Source of the DNA: Tubulanus polymorphus
Taxonomy: Eukaryota; Animalia; Nemertea
Assembly: GCF_964204645.1 (NCBI RefSeq)
Contig: NC_134029.1
Location: 22,004,950-22,068,949 of the forward strand
Direction: 5' to 3'
Length of the DNA stretch: 64,000 nucleotides
Shown here: piece by piece, positions 38,683 through 64,000 of the stretch
Layout of the letters: every line of letters starts with the position of its first letter
Numbering within the stretch: position 1 is the stretch's first letter
The notes under the pieces: generated by a model
The model's input: the letters and a program-made list of their open reading frames with translations, nothing else
Database searches by the model: none
What the model was told of the DNA's origin: nothing
Program-made: the position numbers and the translations under genes

Positions 38683-39785
38683 TCTCATACTCACATTTAT
38701 TACAATTATAATAGCAACATATACATTAAAAGCACTCGGAACACTTATCAATTCAAACATACTTTTACTACCAATATAAAAACAAAATAAACGAGAAAAA
38801 CACACTATACTTTCTTGTGTGTAGCCATATATAATCACAAAATGCATGTTCAGCACCCGAAATCGAGGGGCTACAAGCTGAAGACGAATTCGAGCTTCCT
38901 AATTCTGAAATAACTCGTGCTGAAGAAGATTAAATAAATCAAATTTTCGCTGAATATCAGATACAATACACACATAAATAATGATCGATCTGGAATCGGA
39001 CAGAAAGATGGCAATCTGTACTAACTCTAGTCTTATACGTAGTAGATTATTGTAAGTCTAACATCATTGTAACCATCTTTAGCGAATTTTATATATAGCA
39101 TTTTTCGAAATCTAATTTTTCACTTCATATCAAATGTTAGAGCTCGAAACTTATTTGGAATCGCATGATTAGCAACACTGACCTAATAACCCGTCGATAT
39201 CAGAAATTTGTTCATCCGTTCAGAATATTCGAAAAATAAATAAAAATCAGTTTAGGCCGAGCTTCACACATGAGATTCCGCCGAAAGTCGATACACGAAT
39301 CGGCGCATATTTGTTCACCGTAAAATAGAACATTGAATCAATGTTGAGACATAATTCATCGATTGAAAATCTACAAACACTCGAGGTTTTACAATTTCAC
39401 AAGATTCCATATTTTAGACTCACAATAACAACAATTCGCCGCATACCGATTATAAGATGTTTAAAAAAAAAACAATTAGATGATTATAACAAAGAAATTA
39501 CCCTTGACTAACTAAAATTAGATAGACTCACTTTCTTCACTAAATATTTCATCATTAACGAATAATAATTAAATCGATTAATAATAATAATGAATCTTGG
39601 TTGGAAATTAATCACAAAAAGTACGCGGTAGTTATAATAGTAGTAGTGTTGTGTGTTCGATATCAATCTTTCAAATACACGGACCAACAATTTCTAAGTC
39701 AGTTGGTTATATATATATATATCTAATATTAGCTAATTATTGATTTATGATTGATGACGAGAGAGTCGGGAGACACGCGATATCA

Positions 39786-39914
39786 TCAACTGTTTAGCCA
39801 AGATTCTTCAACGATTGCTCTCACTTTCTTAACGTACTCGCGGCGATTCTCTTGGTAAAGTCGTGCCGCCAGATTGTTAGCGGGGCTGTTTGGATTTGGC
39901 TCGTCGAGCAATGA
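39786..39914 (-). CDS. UBE2A: Rad6/UBE2A alternative distal last exon 5b (152-aa isoform)
   Basis: TTTCAG acceptor, phase 0, encoding [42 protein letters not shown]. Homologous to exon 5a. Confidence 0.88.
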   Translation of the reverse strand, partial: SLLDEPNPNSPANNLAARLYQENRREYVKKVRAIVEESWLNS

Positions 39915-41130
39915 CTGAAACGACAAATGACAAGATGATTCTCGATGAGTGAATGAAAATATTTCGACGACAACGATTTTCTTTTCCTCTTCGCGGAACC
40001 GCGGGTCACACAGGAGAATATCGATAATTTTCGAACCAGCAAAATCTACACATATATTCCAATAGACATGTAATAGACGTTCAAAAATTGAACAAGACCA
40101 GAGATTAGGCCGATATATCTCTGACCCGATGAGCATAAACAGCATGAAAGCTCTATTAGGAATGTCTCTTTTGATAGCTTTTTCAATCATCGAGGACAAT
40201 ACTCTAAGAGATGGATCAAAATGTATCAATTTACTATTTTCTTGCTTTGGGGTAATCGACAATGAATATAGTATCATACAGCATACTGTCAGGTCACATC
40301 GAGACAAACAAACTGTGGTGAACGAATTTGAAATGACCATCATCACAGAGTTATTTATGATTAACCCGTACTTTTTTTAGCTGAAAAAGAACACCGCACA
40401 CACACACACACTTAAAGAGTTATGAGTCTACCTATCACATAGATTGTTAATCAAGGTTTATATGAAAGAGAGAGAGAGAGACAAGACAGTGCCCCTGCAC
40501 CAAAATAGACCACCTTCCATCAAACCAACGCCAGTTCAAATGTACACAACTTCTGCTTCATAAACGTTATCAACAATAACATACAAATCATAAATTATGG
40601 CAATAACAATTAATTATTTATATCAACGTGAAAATTAATTAGAACAGTAAATATTTTTGAACGCATTCGCGCTATTGTATACGGCGAAAAAAATCTAGTA
40701 ATATAAATAGTAATATGATGGGGCAAAAATCTAGCCAGCCATACAAAGGTCAAATATGAGTATATTTTATCTAATAGCTACAATGAGACATACACGGTAT
40801 GCATAGAAACTCAGTCCATGACGTAGGCTTAAGCTCGACTTTATATCAGCTTCGAAGAAAAGTCGACCGACATTGTCATGACTGATTCAGATCCATTTGG
40901 CAACTTTTTTTTATATACCGGTATCAGCAGGTGTGTGAGAATAGAAGCCAAAAATGAAAGCACTTTGTAATTCATTTCTACCGAGTTGTGCTACATCGAC
41001 GCACAGCGATCCAACAATTCAAGGATATGGAAGAAAATATTACTGAATGCGGTTACTGGCGACTAATGAAACAGCGCTGTCCTAATAATATATGAAGATT
41101 ATCAGATGATCGTTATAATGAGATGTTTTG

Positions 41131-43246
41131 TTAATCAGAATCGCAGTCATCGCTGTCCCAACTCTCTTGAACGATCGCTTTAACTTTTCGTTCGTATTCG
41201 CGTTTGTTTTCTTTAAACAGCTGCGCCGCTTCGTTATTAGCCGGACTATTCGGATTAGGATCACTTAATAACGACTGAAATCAATCAATTATAAAGCCAT
41301 AAAACACAGAGTCCATCAGGGCCTCGAATAATCGTGATCATTCACTACACATTCGCCGACATCTCCGGAGCAATTTGGGACGAGTGACAGAGCATTCAAA
41401 GGGTGCAGCCCTGTATATTACTGTAATGTCCCCAGGCAACGTCCTCAATGCCATCCTCTCTCTACTCAGGAGCAAATGGACTTCGTGACCAAATGGAATA
41501 TGATTGCTAATAGTAGCTCGGACGTTACCTCACAGAGATGGACCGATACCCAGTAAGAGATATAGGCTAGGGGTAATAGCATCAATGTGGCGAGTCGAGT
41601 GTCACTGATGACATTCTTTGCGGATATTGGGCACTTACAATATACTCTAGAACCTAGAAATTATCATAATCATTGATTACTAACACGAAATTATCCATCT
41701 ACCACCAGACGAAAAACCCTTTCGATACTAGCTTCGTTCAAGACCCAGGAGTGAAGACGGGTCACATAAAACATAAACCACTAACGCTCAGTTGAGTTAG
41801 ATTCAACGAAGACTTGTGGAACTGAATCCGCAAGAAAAGATGTTAAAGGTGAATTAAAATGATTACAGTACGTACCTGTATTGAAGTCAATACCGCGGAG
41901 ACATCGTAAGTAGGACTCCATCTATTTTGTAAAATATCTAAACATATGCTTCCATCTGCGTATACTGAAAACAAAACATATATTCAATGATTAATGATTC
42001 AACCTAGTAGGTCGATACGTTATCGCGCACAGAGGAATTTCGCAAAACTTACCATTCGGATGAAACATTTTTGAGGTAAATCGAACCGTAGGAGGCTTAT
42101 TCGGATATTCTTCCGTAAATTCTATAGTTAATTTAAACGTTCCATCTTCGAAAGGCGTATCCATAGGTCTAGAAAATCAGAACTCGTAATTCTTAAAATC
42201 GGCCGGCAAAAACTAGGCCTAACAAATCATCACAAAACAATCTTAATCACAGATAAGGACTAGTGATTTTTCAAATATGTCATAGAGGTCAGAAAATAGA
42301 TAAAAATATCAATATTTCTGAACGTTCAGACTATATTTCAGGAATTGGTTTCATTCTATAAGTTATCATTCTTTGCCTACGTGTAGGTGACATTGAATTC
42401 ATAAACAGGTCAAAGCGACCTCATTATTTCCTTGCGCAATATCAATGGATAGAAAATGAAAGTTTTCAGATCTACGTTTCGCGATCAAAATCATTCATCA
42501 TCCAACACAACGTACCCAAATATGACGGCGTTCCATAGCATAATATTGTTATCAGTCGGAGTGCCGCTGACACCAGCAGGAGGATCTTCTTGTAATCTGA
42601 AAACAACGATTTTCAACGTATGAAAATACTGAAAAAAAAGACTATTATACACTGCCACAAATTACTGTCAAATATTCCCGACAGGAAATATTAACTGGAC
42701 ACAAAAATAAACTTAATCTAAATGGGTGGGTGACATAAGTTACCAGTTCACAGCAAAGTAAGATGACCTGGACTTGGTGCTGGTAGTTTGGAAATAACGT
42801 TTTTCCTACACTGGGTATTTAGCTAACACCGAAGTTACTGGTGATAACAATATTTGTGTCATGTTCTTCTTAGAGCCACAACAGAGTCTTTGAGTTATCA
42901 CATACTCTAGTCTACCCTAGAGACGGACAGTCACTCAGCCCTGGCACTACTGTTGTTCGTCACCAAGGGCAAAGACAAGCAAGGATGCACCAAAATTAGA
43001 ATAATGGGTCGAAAGAAACTAAAAATGCGCATGAATTAAGAGAGTCATAATCTCAAGTAGTAAAGCTTCATATAAACTTGATTATCGTTATAAAAATTTC
43101 AACTAATTACAGGGTAAAATCTACAAAAAAGTTAATTTGTTATTGAATTGAACAGGAAACGAGAACCATTTCGTCATAATTTAATAAATTATAGTCATTT
43201 ACCGTTTGAAATCTCGCATAAGTCGCCGTCTAGCAGTTGTGGACAT
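41131..43246 (-). CDS. UBE2A: Ubiquitin-conjugating enzyme Rad6/UBE2A, isoform with proximal last exon 5a (157 aa)
   Basis: Exons 43246-43203 ([15 protein letters not shown]), 42596-42516, 42168-42053 (...MFHPN), 41964-41876 ([22 protein letters not shown], catalytic Cys) and 41274-41131 ([47 protein letters not shown]). Confidence 0.95.
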
Positions 43247-43363
43247 CTTCAAATATGTAACGATCGAGCGATTCCGCCCTTTGGAGGGTATTTAACGAGT
43301 ATTTGGAGTCGAATACGACGAATTTCTGAATCGTAATACTCGGATTTCCACTTTGTTGGTGTA

Positions 43364-43439
43364 TGACGTCAGCATCCGGGTGTTTTGGTGATTTTCTTCC
43401 TATCACGTGACAGTCATGTGACTTGTCAAAAAGCACGTG
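43364..43439 (-). promoter_or_regulatory. Rad6 promoter: CRE and three E-boxes
   Basis: TGACGTCA at 43364-43371, TCACGTGAC at 43403-43411, GTCATGTGAC at 43413-43422 and CACGTG at 43434-43439, 120-190 bp upstream of the ATG. Confidence 0.55.
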
Positions 43440-44920
43440 GTTTTGTTTATTTACATAATTTGGCAACCTCTAGCTCGTTACATTTACAGCAAATGGGGAA
43501 AAGCTTTGAAAATTCCTACTGCTTTATTTACCAAATTTATCGCTTTTTTGTGAATTATAGTCACTGCTTATGGATAAGGAGATACTTTTGTGAATTCAAT
43601 TCAGTTTAAGTGGAGAGTTTTCGACGCAAGATGTCAAATACCATAATTAATATCACATGATTCATGTTATATTCCTCATTCTAAAATATCAAATCGTCCT
43701 ACTGTTGTCCTCAACTCTCTGAACCGTCAACAAATGAAAGACAAAACTCTCGAAATTTCCAGATCACTTAATTCTTATTTTATTGATTCATACAATTATA
43801 TAGATAATACATAATATTATCATGATAACTAAGAAAGAACAAGAACAAACAATACCTCGTAATAACTCTTTAAATTGACATATGAATTACATAAAGCAGC
43901 TTTGTGAACACACCTGCTTCCCACGATGACACGTCACAAGTTACCAAAATATACCTTTACTCATTCATTACGATTATTCTTAAGTGATTTTACAATTCAC
44001 TTCACACGAGCAACTGGTATTAAAACAAACATTGATGGTTTCATCGAAATACATAAAATGGCTTAAAAATGTAAAGAATGTCAGAATTAATGAGATCCGT
44101 AAAAAAACAGTTAATGAGACGAACGATCTTCAAAACTTGAAATAAACTCCTCAATTTTAGCCAAAGATGATTACGATATACAGGTACACTGAAAGGCCTT
44201 CTCACACTAGATCGACCTTCTATCATACTAGCCGATAATGTATGATATTATAACTAAAAGCTATTTACAAGCACTGCTTTTTGACGGTTTTCAACAAGAT
44301 CTTCATCTATTAATAGGACACAGATTGACAAGGAAAATGCAGCATTAAAAACAACACAGACATTGCCTGTTACATACAAGATCTTTTCACCACGAGACAA
44401 TCCTCACACATACATACAATGGCTTAAATTTCAAAATATTATCAAGGATTTTTAAAATCCATTCCCAAAACTTTAAAAAAATGTTTTCTTGCCAATGCGA
44501 CTTAAAAAGCGTCTATTTCATAGAAGATCGAACAAAATAATAAAATGAAATGCATTTATTTGTTGACGTTATCGCTGAACGGAAACTGTACTTATACTGT
44601 CTTATCTAGCAGCGAAAATACAACTAATCTACTCGAATGATAAAACATATTGAGTAACAGATGATTTTGAACCAGCAAAATCTGCTTTGAAGCAGCGCAA
44701 AAGTGTAATTACACATGTATATACGGTATTATGATATGTTATCGAAAAATGAATGGTTTATTCATCATTTTAGACCGGATGAGCGATGAAAACAGATGAA
44801 AACATTGTTTACAGGTATAAAACAACCGAGAACTTAACAGAACGTCTGTATTTAGGATTTCCAACATCAAGCACTTTAACGGTAGACGAAGTTTCGATTG
44901 TCGCTTTCACAATTTCCTAG

Positions 44921-57355
<12,435 letters not shown>

Positions 57356-59774
57356 TCAGCACCGCACACAACGAAAAGCGCCGCCGGTTCTTATTTCCGG
57401 GTTAGTTTTCAATGAAGCCGTCGATAGGTGATGGCAGCACCAGCCGACAATGAAAAAACTCACCTGCCAACGATAAATTAAAGCATCCTGCCGGACGGTC
57501 CTGCCACGACTTGAGCGGCGAATAGGAACACTAAACCAGATTGTACTGGTCCAGCCTTCACTCACCCAGTACTAGATTCCACAGTACTCTCTACTATGTA
57601 CCCGGGACCAACCGTTTTTTTTTTAAGCTACCTATTTTGAAATATTGTGCACACAATGAAATAAACAAGAAACTTCCTTGCACTGTCATGAAATGCTCGC
57701 TCTTCAAATCAATCCTATGAAGTTGTTTTTGGCCAACATCCTGGTGACCATTAAAATTTGAAACGATTTAAACGAACACAGCATAATTAATTGCTATGAT
57801 GATTTTTATTATTTATCTTTAATAATCATTATTAAGAGTACAACAATTAACATCATTGTAATTACACGATCATTAAGAGAACTTCAAATGTCGAGTTGCT
57901 CTTCTTTCAACATTTACACGTACGAACAAATGCATTATTAATTACAAGTATAAAAATATAAAACATCAATTCTAGAAAAATATGCTTATTTTCTCTTTTA
58001 CGAAGACCAAATATTTCTTGTAATTATGTTATCGTTCAAAGTTCATGATTTGTAGTTTTCCTAGTTTTCAATTCCAACCATTTTTCTATACTGTACAAAT
58101 CTACTGTACATTTTTACAAGTTCTATAAAAAGACAATCAACTTTTCAACAATCGATTAGCACAGAAAATTCAAATAATTATCTAGCCAACTTAAGTCTTA
58201 TCTTAGGCAGACTTTTTTTGACCCGAAAAACTAAATATCTAAGACAAAGATATTGATTTATCCAGACAGTAGACAAAGATCTGGGGCAAAAATGATATAC
58301 ATAATACCCAGAATCACACAGAACCAGTGTCATAGTTTCGGGTTGAATTTACAGTATAGAGCTAAATCCTACAAAATCTCTACAGAGTAAAATGTAACTC
58401 ACAACAGCGAGCTCTGTCGAGGATTTTCCGTTATACCCCGTTATACAAAATTTACCTTATCCGTCGTGCATTCATTCTTTAAGTATTTCTTCACATATAT
58501 ATATTGGCATAGGCATACATAATTTTTGTCTAAACAACAAGACAAATTTTCAACGAATCCTACTCCAATGAAGAACCTTTGAGGAGATTGTCAAATTATG
58601 GTTGATTGATGAGACTTTTTGTACATAGCTAAACAGAACGGAAGAACATAGAGCTGTGATGGAGAATAGAGCACTAGTTCATAGACAGTTGATAGGAAAC
58701 ATAATTCCCACGAGCAGCTTTCTTGGAATTGTGTCTTATCCTTCCAAAATTGATCTTACATGGCTTTCCAAGAATAACTAACATGCTGCCATTATTTGCA
58801 ACAAATAAATTAAGTTTGCTGGCCTAGATTCTAAAAACTTTACATATTGAATAAAAAATCTAAATCGATATTAAAATTTTGGAGGCCTTTTATCTTAATT
58901 TGACCGTGTTCGTCTGCCAGATAAAAATCGCATCTTATTTCTAACTGCACATTTCGACCTAAAACGTTCGGCCGTAAGTATTGAGACAGGGAGACAAGTG
59001 ACATTTAGATGTGACCTAAATTACAACTTCCTCAACTGTGTTCTTGTAAACCAGAGCTCATACTCGAGCCTGTGTACACCGTAGATAGAACGGCAAATAA
59101 AGTTAAATCTACTCGAAAAATTCGGCACTATCTTCACAGAACTCTAACAGGTGTTAGTCTTAGAGATTAGCAAGAATAGTAACTACGCACTACTATAAAT
59201 TAAAAGCAAAAAAAATATTCGCCAAGTTTCATGAAATAGTAATTATCTGCTTCTATGTTTTTTTTCTGCCTAGCAACATGAGCCAAAGTGTCAGGTTTCA
59301 GGATTAAAAAAATGCCGGAATAGACTATAACGAAAAAATACTACCCCATACAGATCAACTGTAAGCGAGTAGAAACAAATAAAGCATTAAAGGTCACGAT
59401 TGAAAACTCATATTTTTGTTAATCAGCTCATTACATGTAACCTAAGAAGTTTTATTAAAATGAACAACGTTGATCTTACTCGTATAGAAATAACTGTTAC
59501 TATGTCGAGAAAATGCCGATTAATTTTGTATGAATCTGTTCAATTCCCAGAAACCGATGAATATTCAGTCTCCCCAATTAAGTTCGCGCTTCAGTTTTAA
59601 CTTGTCTTATTAGTTTTAAGTACCCAACACAATAATAAGAGATTAATATATCGACGAACCGAGTGAGGAGACTAACACGAGGACATTACTCAGCAATCCA
59701 TCTTTCTGAATTAGACGACGATGGCCAACATGTTCAACTGTAATTATACCGACTGAAGTAATTCAAGCCTCGAT

Positions 59775-62189
59775 TCATTTGCCGGCGAACAGTTCATCAA
59801 TCAAGTTAAAATCGCTTGGATTTGTGGAATCAAAGAAATCACCATTCGGAGGCGGTGCACCGGCGCCGCCGCCGCCGAAGAAATCAAGCGGCATTAAATC
59901 CGAGTTCGGATTCGAGGTATTATTGCTGGAATGTGAGGTTGTCGTCATGGCAACCGAAGTGGACATCGGCGCCGGCTGCGAATGACCGGTCTGTTGCTGT
60001 TGGAGATGCATTTGTTGTTGCTGATGCATACGCATCATGACCTGCTGCTGCTGTTGCTGGTTAGGTGGCGCCCCCATCTGTTGTTGGTTCGACGTAGTAA
60101 CGCCCGCCTGTAAATTCTGACATTGTTGCATTTGTAAATGCGGCGATGACGACGACTGCTGTTGCCCGTAGTTACCGTACATATTGTTGCTCGAATGTAC
60201 CGATTGGTTGATCATATTCACGTCTGGCACGGTTTGTTCTGGAATGTGACCTTTCGGAGTCCATTCGGGACAATTCGTTCGTTGACGGGACAAGCTTAAA
60301 CCATCGGGTCCGACGTTCACATTCGGCGGCCGATGATTGCGCATTATTGCACTAGTATATTGTCCTTGTTCAGTTTTAATAGGTTGGCTCATCACGTCCG
60401 TCCCGGTGTGCTGAGCGTTCTGCTGCATTTGGCTCATGCTATGCGAATACATCGGCGGTTGTTGCCCGCCGCCACCAGGGGGCATCGCGGTTCCCCCTTG
60501 AGTCGCGCTCATGTGACCGGACATGGGAACGTTATGCTGAGACTGCTGCAGCTCTGATTTCACGTGTACGTGGTACATGTCACCGGTTTGAGGCGGTTGC
60601 GACGTTTGGTTCACCATATTTTGCATCGTTTGTAACGGATTCCGATTCATATTTCCGGCGACCCCGGCCACCGAGTTGTGATACGAGTTCTGATTGCTCA
60701 TCGCCGCTTTATAATCCGGGGGCGCGCTGCGGTTCATGTAGGAATGATGCTGTTGTCGGCCGACCATCTGCTCGGTGGGCCGGCGCCGATCTTGCATGTA
60801 CTGTTGTTGCGTCATGCTGAACGACTGCTGCTGCGCCAGCGATATCTGCTGCGCCTGTCCGTTGCTGATGTGCATCTGCTGACTTTGACGCATGTGCAGA
60901 CGTTGTACGCCGTGCGAGACGTGCACATGTTGAGACTGACTCATTTCCATCTGCGGCATGCGAGAAGGCATCATACCCCCCTGACGAACGTTCCCGCTCA
61001 ACGGCGCCCGCGTATTAAAGTGACTTTGCACCTGGTTTTGTAATTGTTGTAACGACGACGACATGGAAGCGTTCGGATCGCCGTAATGCGTTAACGGCTT
61101 CGTAGCGCCGTAATTCAACGACGGATCTTTACCGTTCATTTGTTGCATCGTCGGGTTCATGCCCGGTCGGTTCTGGTAGTTGTTCATATGTCGCGCCGGT
61201 TGATTATACGCCGGATACATCTGCTCCTGCCCCGTATTGAACCCCGAATACGCCGGATACCGATTCGAATGTCCCGCGTACTGATACGGAGACGGAGGTA
61301 TTTTCTGCAGCGGGTCGTAGTCCTGATGCTGCTGCTGCTGATGTTGGGCAGCCATCTGTTTCAACGTTTCAGCGGCCGGCCCCGTTTCGTTGATAAGCAC
61401 GGGAGGTATAATCGGGTGAGTTTGTTGCGGGTAACCGGGAGGAAGCGAACTATTCGGAGCCATTCCCATCATCGTATTCACCGGGGGTGTGTGACTTTGA
61501 ACGTCCGTACTACCGACGCCACCTACGCTACCGAACGCGGAGTTCTGCTGCATCTTCGAGCCCGGTTTACTCATACTCATAGTTTGCGTCTGTACGGTTC
61601 CGACCGTACCCGTATTCGTGCTACCGACCACGCCGCCGAGCAGCTGCTCTTTACCGAGTTGTTCCTCCAGTTCGTCCGGTTCTTTCAGCGAGTTCAACGC
61701 ATCGGCGAACTTGTCGAAGTCGGGAATTTCGCCGTCCTCCTTCTCGAGGTTGTCGAGAATCGCCTGCAGTTCGTCGATGTCGACGCCGAAGTTCGTGAGC
61801 GAGTCGCTCGTGTGACTAGAAGATGATGATTGTACGTCGTCCGGCGGTTCCTGTTTACATTCTACGTTCGCTTGTATACTGCTGGAACTGATCAGCGACG
61901 ACGAATCTGCGCCGCGACCTCCTCCTTGTAGATTAGTTTTAATCGTCGAGCTGAACGTCACGTTCGTCTGTATCGTACGCGTCGGTTCTTGTTCCTGGTT
62001 TATTTGCTGCACGATCTGCACGGAAACCTGCGGCAGGTTTTTCTCGTGTCCGTCTTTTTGGTGGTTGTTGTTGGCGCGCGGTTTCTTACCGACAGGCGAA
62101 TGCGGGAGACCATCGTGAATCAGATCGGGAAGGTTGTTGTTATTCGCCGCGTCGCCGGTCGAAGCGGCGTCTGCTTTCCTTTTCGATCG
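59775..62189 (-). CDS. mam: Mastermind (Notch co-activator), large Q-rich terminal exon; N-terminal exon(s) outside window
   Basis: Acceptor at 62190-62191 and 805 codons. Motifs: acidic DIDELQAILDNL, PAAETLKQMAAQHQ, LNYGATKPLTHY (cf. MAML YGNTKPLSHY), Q/M/N-rich body and C-terminal LIDELF. The basic CSL-binding domain is not in the window. Confidence 0.78.
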   Translation of the reverse strand, partial: RSKRKADAASTGDAANNNNLPDLIHDGLPHSPVGKKPRANNNHQKDGHEKNLPQVSVQIVQQINQEQEPTRTIQTNVTFSSTIKTNLQGGGRGADSSSLISSSSIQANVECKQEPPDDVQSSSSSHTSDSLTNFGVDIDELQAILDNLEKEDGEIPDFDKFADALNSLKEPDELEEQLGKEQLLGGVVGSTNTGTVGTVQTQTMSMSKPGSKMQQNSAFGSVGGVGSTDVQSHTPPVNTMMGMAPNSSLPPGYPQQTHPIIPPVLINETGPAAETLKQMAAQHQQQQHQDYDPLQKIPPSPYQYAGHSNRYPAYSGFNTGQEQMYPAYNQPARHMNNYQNRPGMNPTMQQMNGKDPSLNYGATKPLTHYGDPNASMSSSLQQLQNQVQSHFNTRAPLSGNVRQGGMMPSRMPQMEMSQSQHVHVSHGVQRLHMRQSQQMHISNGQAQQISLAQQQSFSMTQQQYMQDRRRPTEQMVGRQQHHSYMNRSAPPDYKAAMSNQNSYHNSVAGVAGNMNRNPLQTMQNMVNQTSQPPQTGDMYHVHVKSELQQSQHNVPMSGHMSATQGGTAMPPGGGGQQPPMYSHSMSQMQQNAQHTGTDVMSQPIKTEQGQYTSAIMRNHRPPNVNVGPDGLSLSRQRTNCPEWTPKGHIPEQTVPDVNMINQSVHSSNNMYGNYGQQQSSSSPHLQMQQCQNLQAGVTTSNQQQMGAPPNQQQQQQVMMRMHQQQQMHLQQQQTGHSQPAPMSTSVAMTTTSHSSNNTSNPNSDLMPLDFFGGGGAGAPPPNGDFFDSTNPSDFNLIDELFAGK

Positions 62190-64000
62190 CTGTAAAATAG
62201 AAAAAAAAACAGGCTTGAAAACGATCAGTAATTTTGTGATATTTTCATGATTTTGAAAGTTGTGGAGAGCCTTCTCAAAGTCAACAGTTGGCATGGATGG
62301 TGCTTCACGTGTGACGGAAATTGGAATAATGAAAGTGTCACTTGTTGACTGTGTACCGTAGTAAGACTGTGTCACTGTGTACCACAAAGTTCAACACAAA
62401 GTTCAAACCTATGACTGGAGCCTTTTCATTCGCGTACTTCTTGTAAACATCAAATTCTATATTTCATTGAAACAGCGGTAACACGATGATCTAACTCAGT
62501 GGTTCCTGTATGCATCTAAATAGCTATATCAGGATCCCTACAGATCAGTCATTCCTGGATTTGCATCACTTTCATATGCCAATTACTGTAGACTCCTCCT
62601 AAATTGGTGACTGTTTATCTCAGCAAACCAGCAAATTCCTATGCTTTCTAATTCGATAACCTCCACCTAATTGGGCAACAAATCCTGGTCTTAACTTTAC
62701 CAATATATTAAACTTATAGTCTATTTACTGTACAACTTTCTATAATTTCCAATTGCCAATTTCGCAAACTTGAAGGAGTTTTATAGGTTTTATTTTGCTC
62801 AAATTAAAGGAAGTTCAAGCACCTTCAAAAGCATTTTCCATTGAGGAGTCTTAAAGGAATCAAGGAGTCGTAGGGACCATGAACTGGTGCAACTGCAATC
62901 AGAAAATGTATTGTGTCAAACCTTTGCAGCACCTGGGCTTTAAAATCCCTGTGGTTTCCAAGGGGTTTTTGCTAGTGACTGAAGATTATTCTGCACCGGC
63001 ATCGAAGCCCATATCTCTGTATACTGAGATTTTTTTCTCGCATTCCGAACAATGCAATGGCTGTCCAATTCAGTGTACGTGATATATTTTTTTTTCTACG
63101 ACTCTCTTCCAGTGACCTGAATAACTGGTAGCACTACAACTGCTACTCTTCTTTGTGCGCAAGGTGAAAATTGCTAATTATTTTCTATATATGAAAAAGT
63201 ATCGCTATTAGAATGCGGTGTTTAGTTCACAAGCTCCAGTCAGCCTGATGAAGCGCTAAAAGAAAATAAATATCCAACTCTATTCATGTTGAGTTTTTTT
63301 TTTTACGAAAGAGAAAACACGATAACGTCAAAACTGAAATTATGATTTAATTATAATTGTAGACGGCACAATGATTAATAACAAGCACGCAACATTCAAC
63401 TAGAGAAAACCCACTGTAGTACTCGTAGTATCAGTCGTCATCGGCGGAATATATGTTTTAACCTTTCCATAGACGACATTTAGCCTCGTAAAGCTTCATT
63501 GAAAATTTCCAGACACATTAACCGGGGGTCTTTAAGAACATTTATTCAAATGAAATCGAGAATTCCTTTTTTATACGAGACCCCAGTGGCCGTTAGTTTT
63601 TTTCAAAACGACGGCGTGATTTGAAATCATCGACAAACGAACGAATTAAGACGATACCACGCAAGTAACTCAAATATTCTTCATAATCACAGAAAATATC
63701 AATTTTCTAATAATCTAGATAGAGTTGTTGTTTTCAATTTGGTCCGAATTTCGGGATGACTATTTCGTGCCTGCGATATGGATTGGTACCACCGATGCAA
63801 ACGGTTTTTCTAAGCCGGAGTACCTTGACAGCAGATTTATGTTAGTATGTTCTTGTTCTTGGCCAAAGCATCAATTTGTTGCATGCCAAGTCAACATCAG
63901 ATCGTTGCAAGGGAATTCTGTATGTGGTGGTAACGGATTCTCAGGTGTGAGACAGGGGGGAAGGTAAGTGAAAATCGTCGAGACCAGAATACTGATGCCG

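Noticed and set aside
59779-62195. Plus-strand ORFs (up to 228 aa) opposite mastermind
   Set aside because: Shadow frames of a GC-rich, Q-rich coding exon.
62190-62387. N-terminal 66 aa of the 870-aa ORF
   Set aside because: Lies upstream of a strong polypyrimidine/CAG acceptor at 62190-62191, so it is intron read-through.

Overview
Compact, AT-rich, intron-containing animal genomic DNA, probably a non-vertebrate bilaterian such as a lophotrochozoan (inferred from a WntA-like gene and invertebrate-type Hsp70 and mastermind). Gene order: RING-finger gene (-, runs off the left edge); intronless class A GPCR (+); Shisa-like single-pass membrane protein (-); Mieap-domain protein (-); DEG/ENaC channel (+) with an intronic tRNA-Asn; Wnt, probably WntA (-), with an intronless inducible Hsp70 nested antisense in intron 3; HACD3 (+); a ~370 bp (AT)n tract; Rad6/UBE2A (-); ANKRD10 (-); and the large last exon of mastermind (-, 5' part outside the window). 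Most notable: (1) Rad6 has two intact duplicated alternative last exons, one 'SD-type' with an acidic tail and one 'DE-type', preceded by a long intronic RNA hairpin; (2) ANKRD10 has a tandem-duplicated ankyrin exon pair 50 nt apart and three phase-compatible 3' exons; (3) the ENaC has a ~440-aa insertion at the knuckle position and Ile at the degenerin site; (4) a heat-shock gene lies inside a Wnt intron. All exon models were read by eye from splice signals and frame continuity, and comparisons to human or fly proteins are from memory; nothing was searched or computed.
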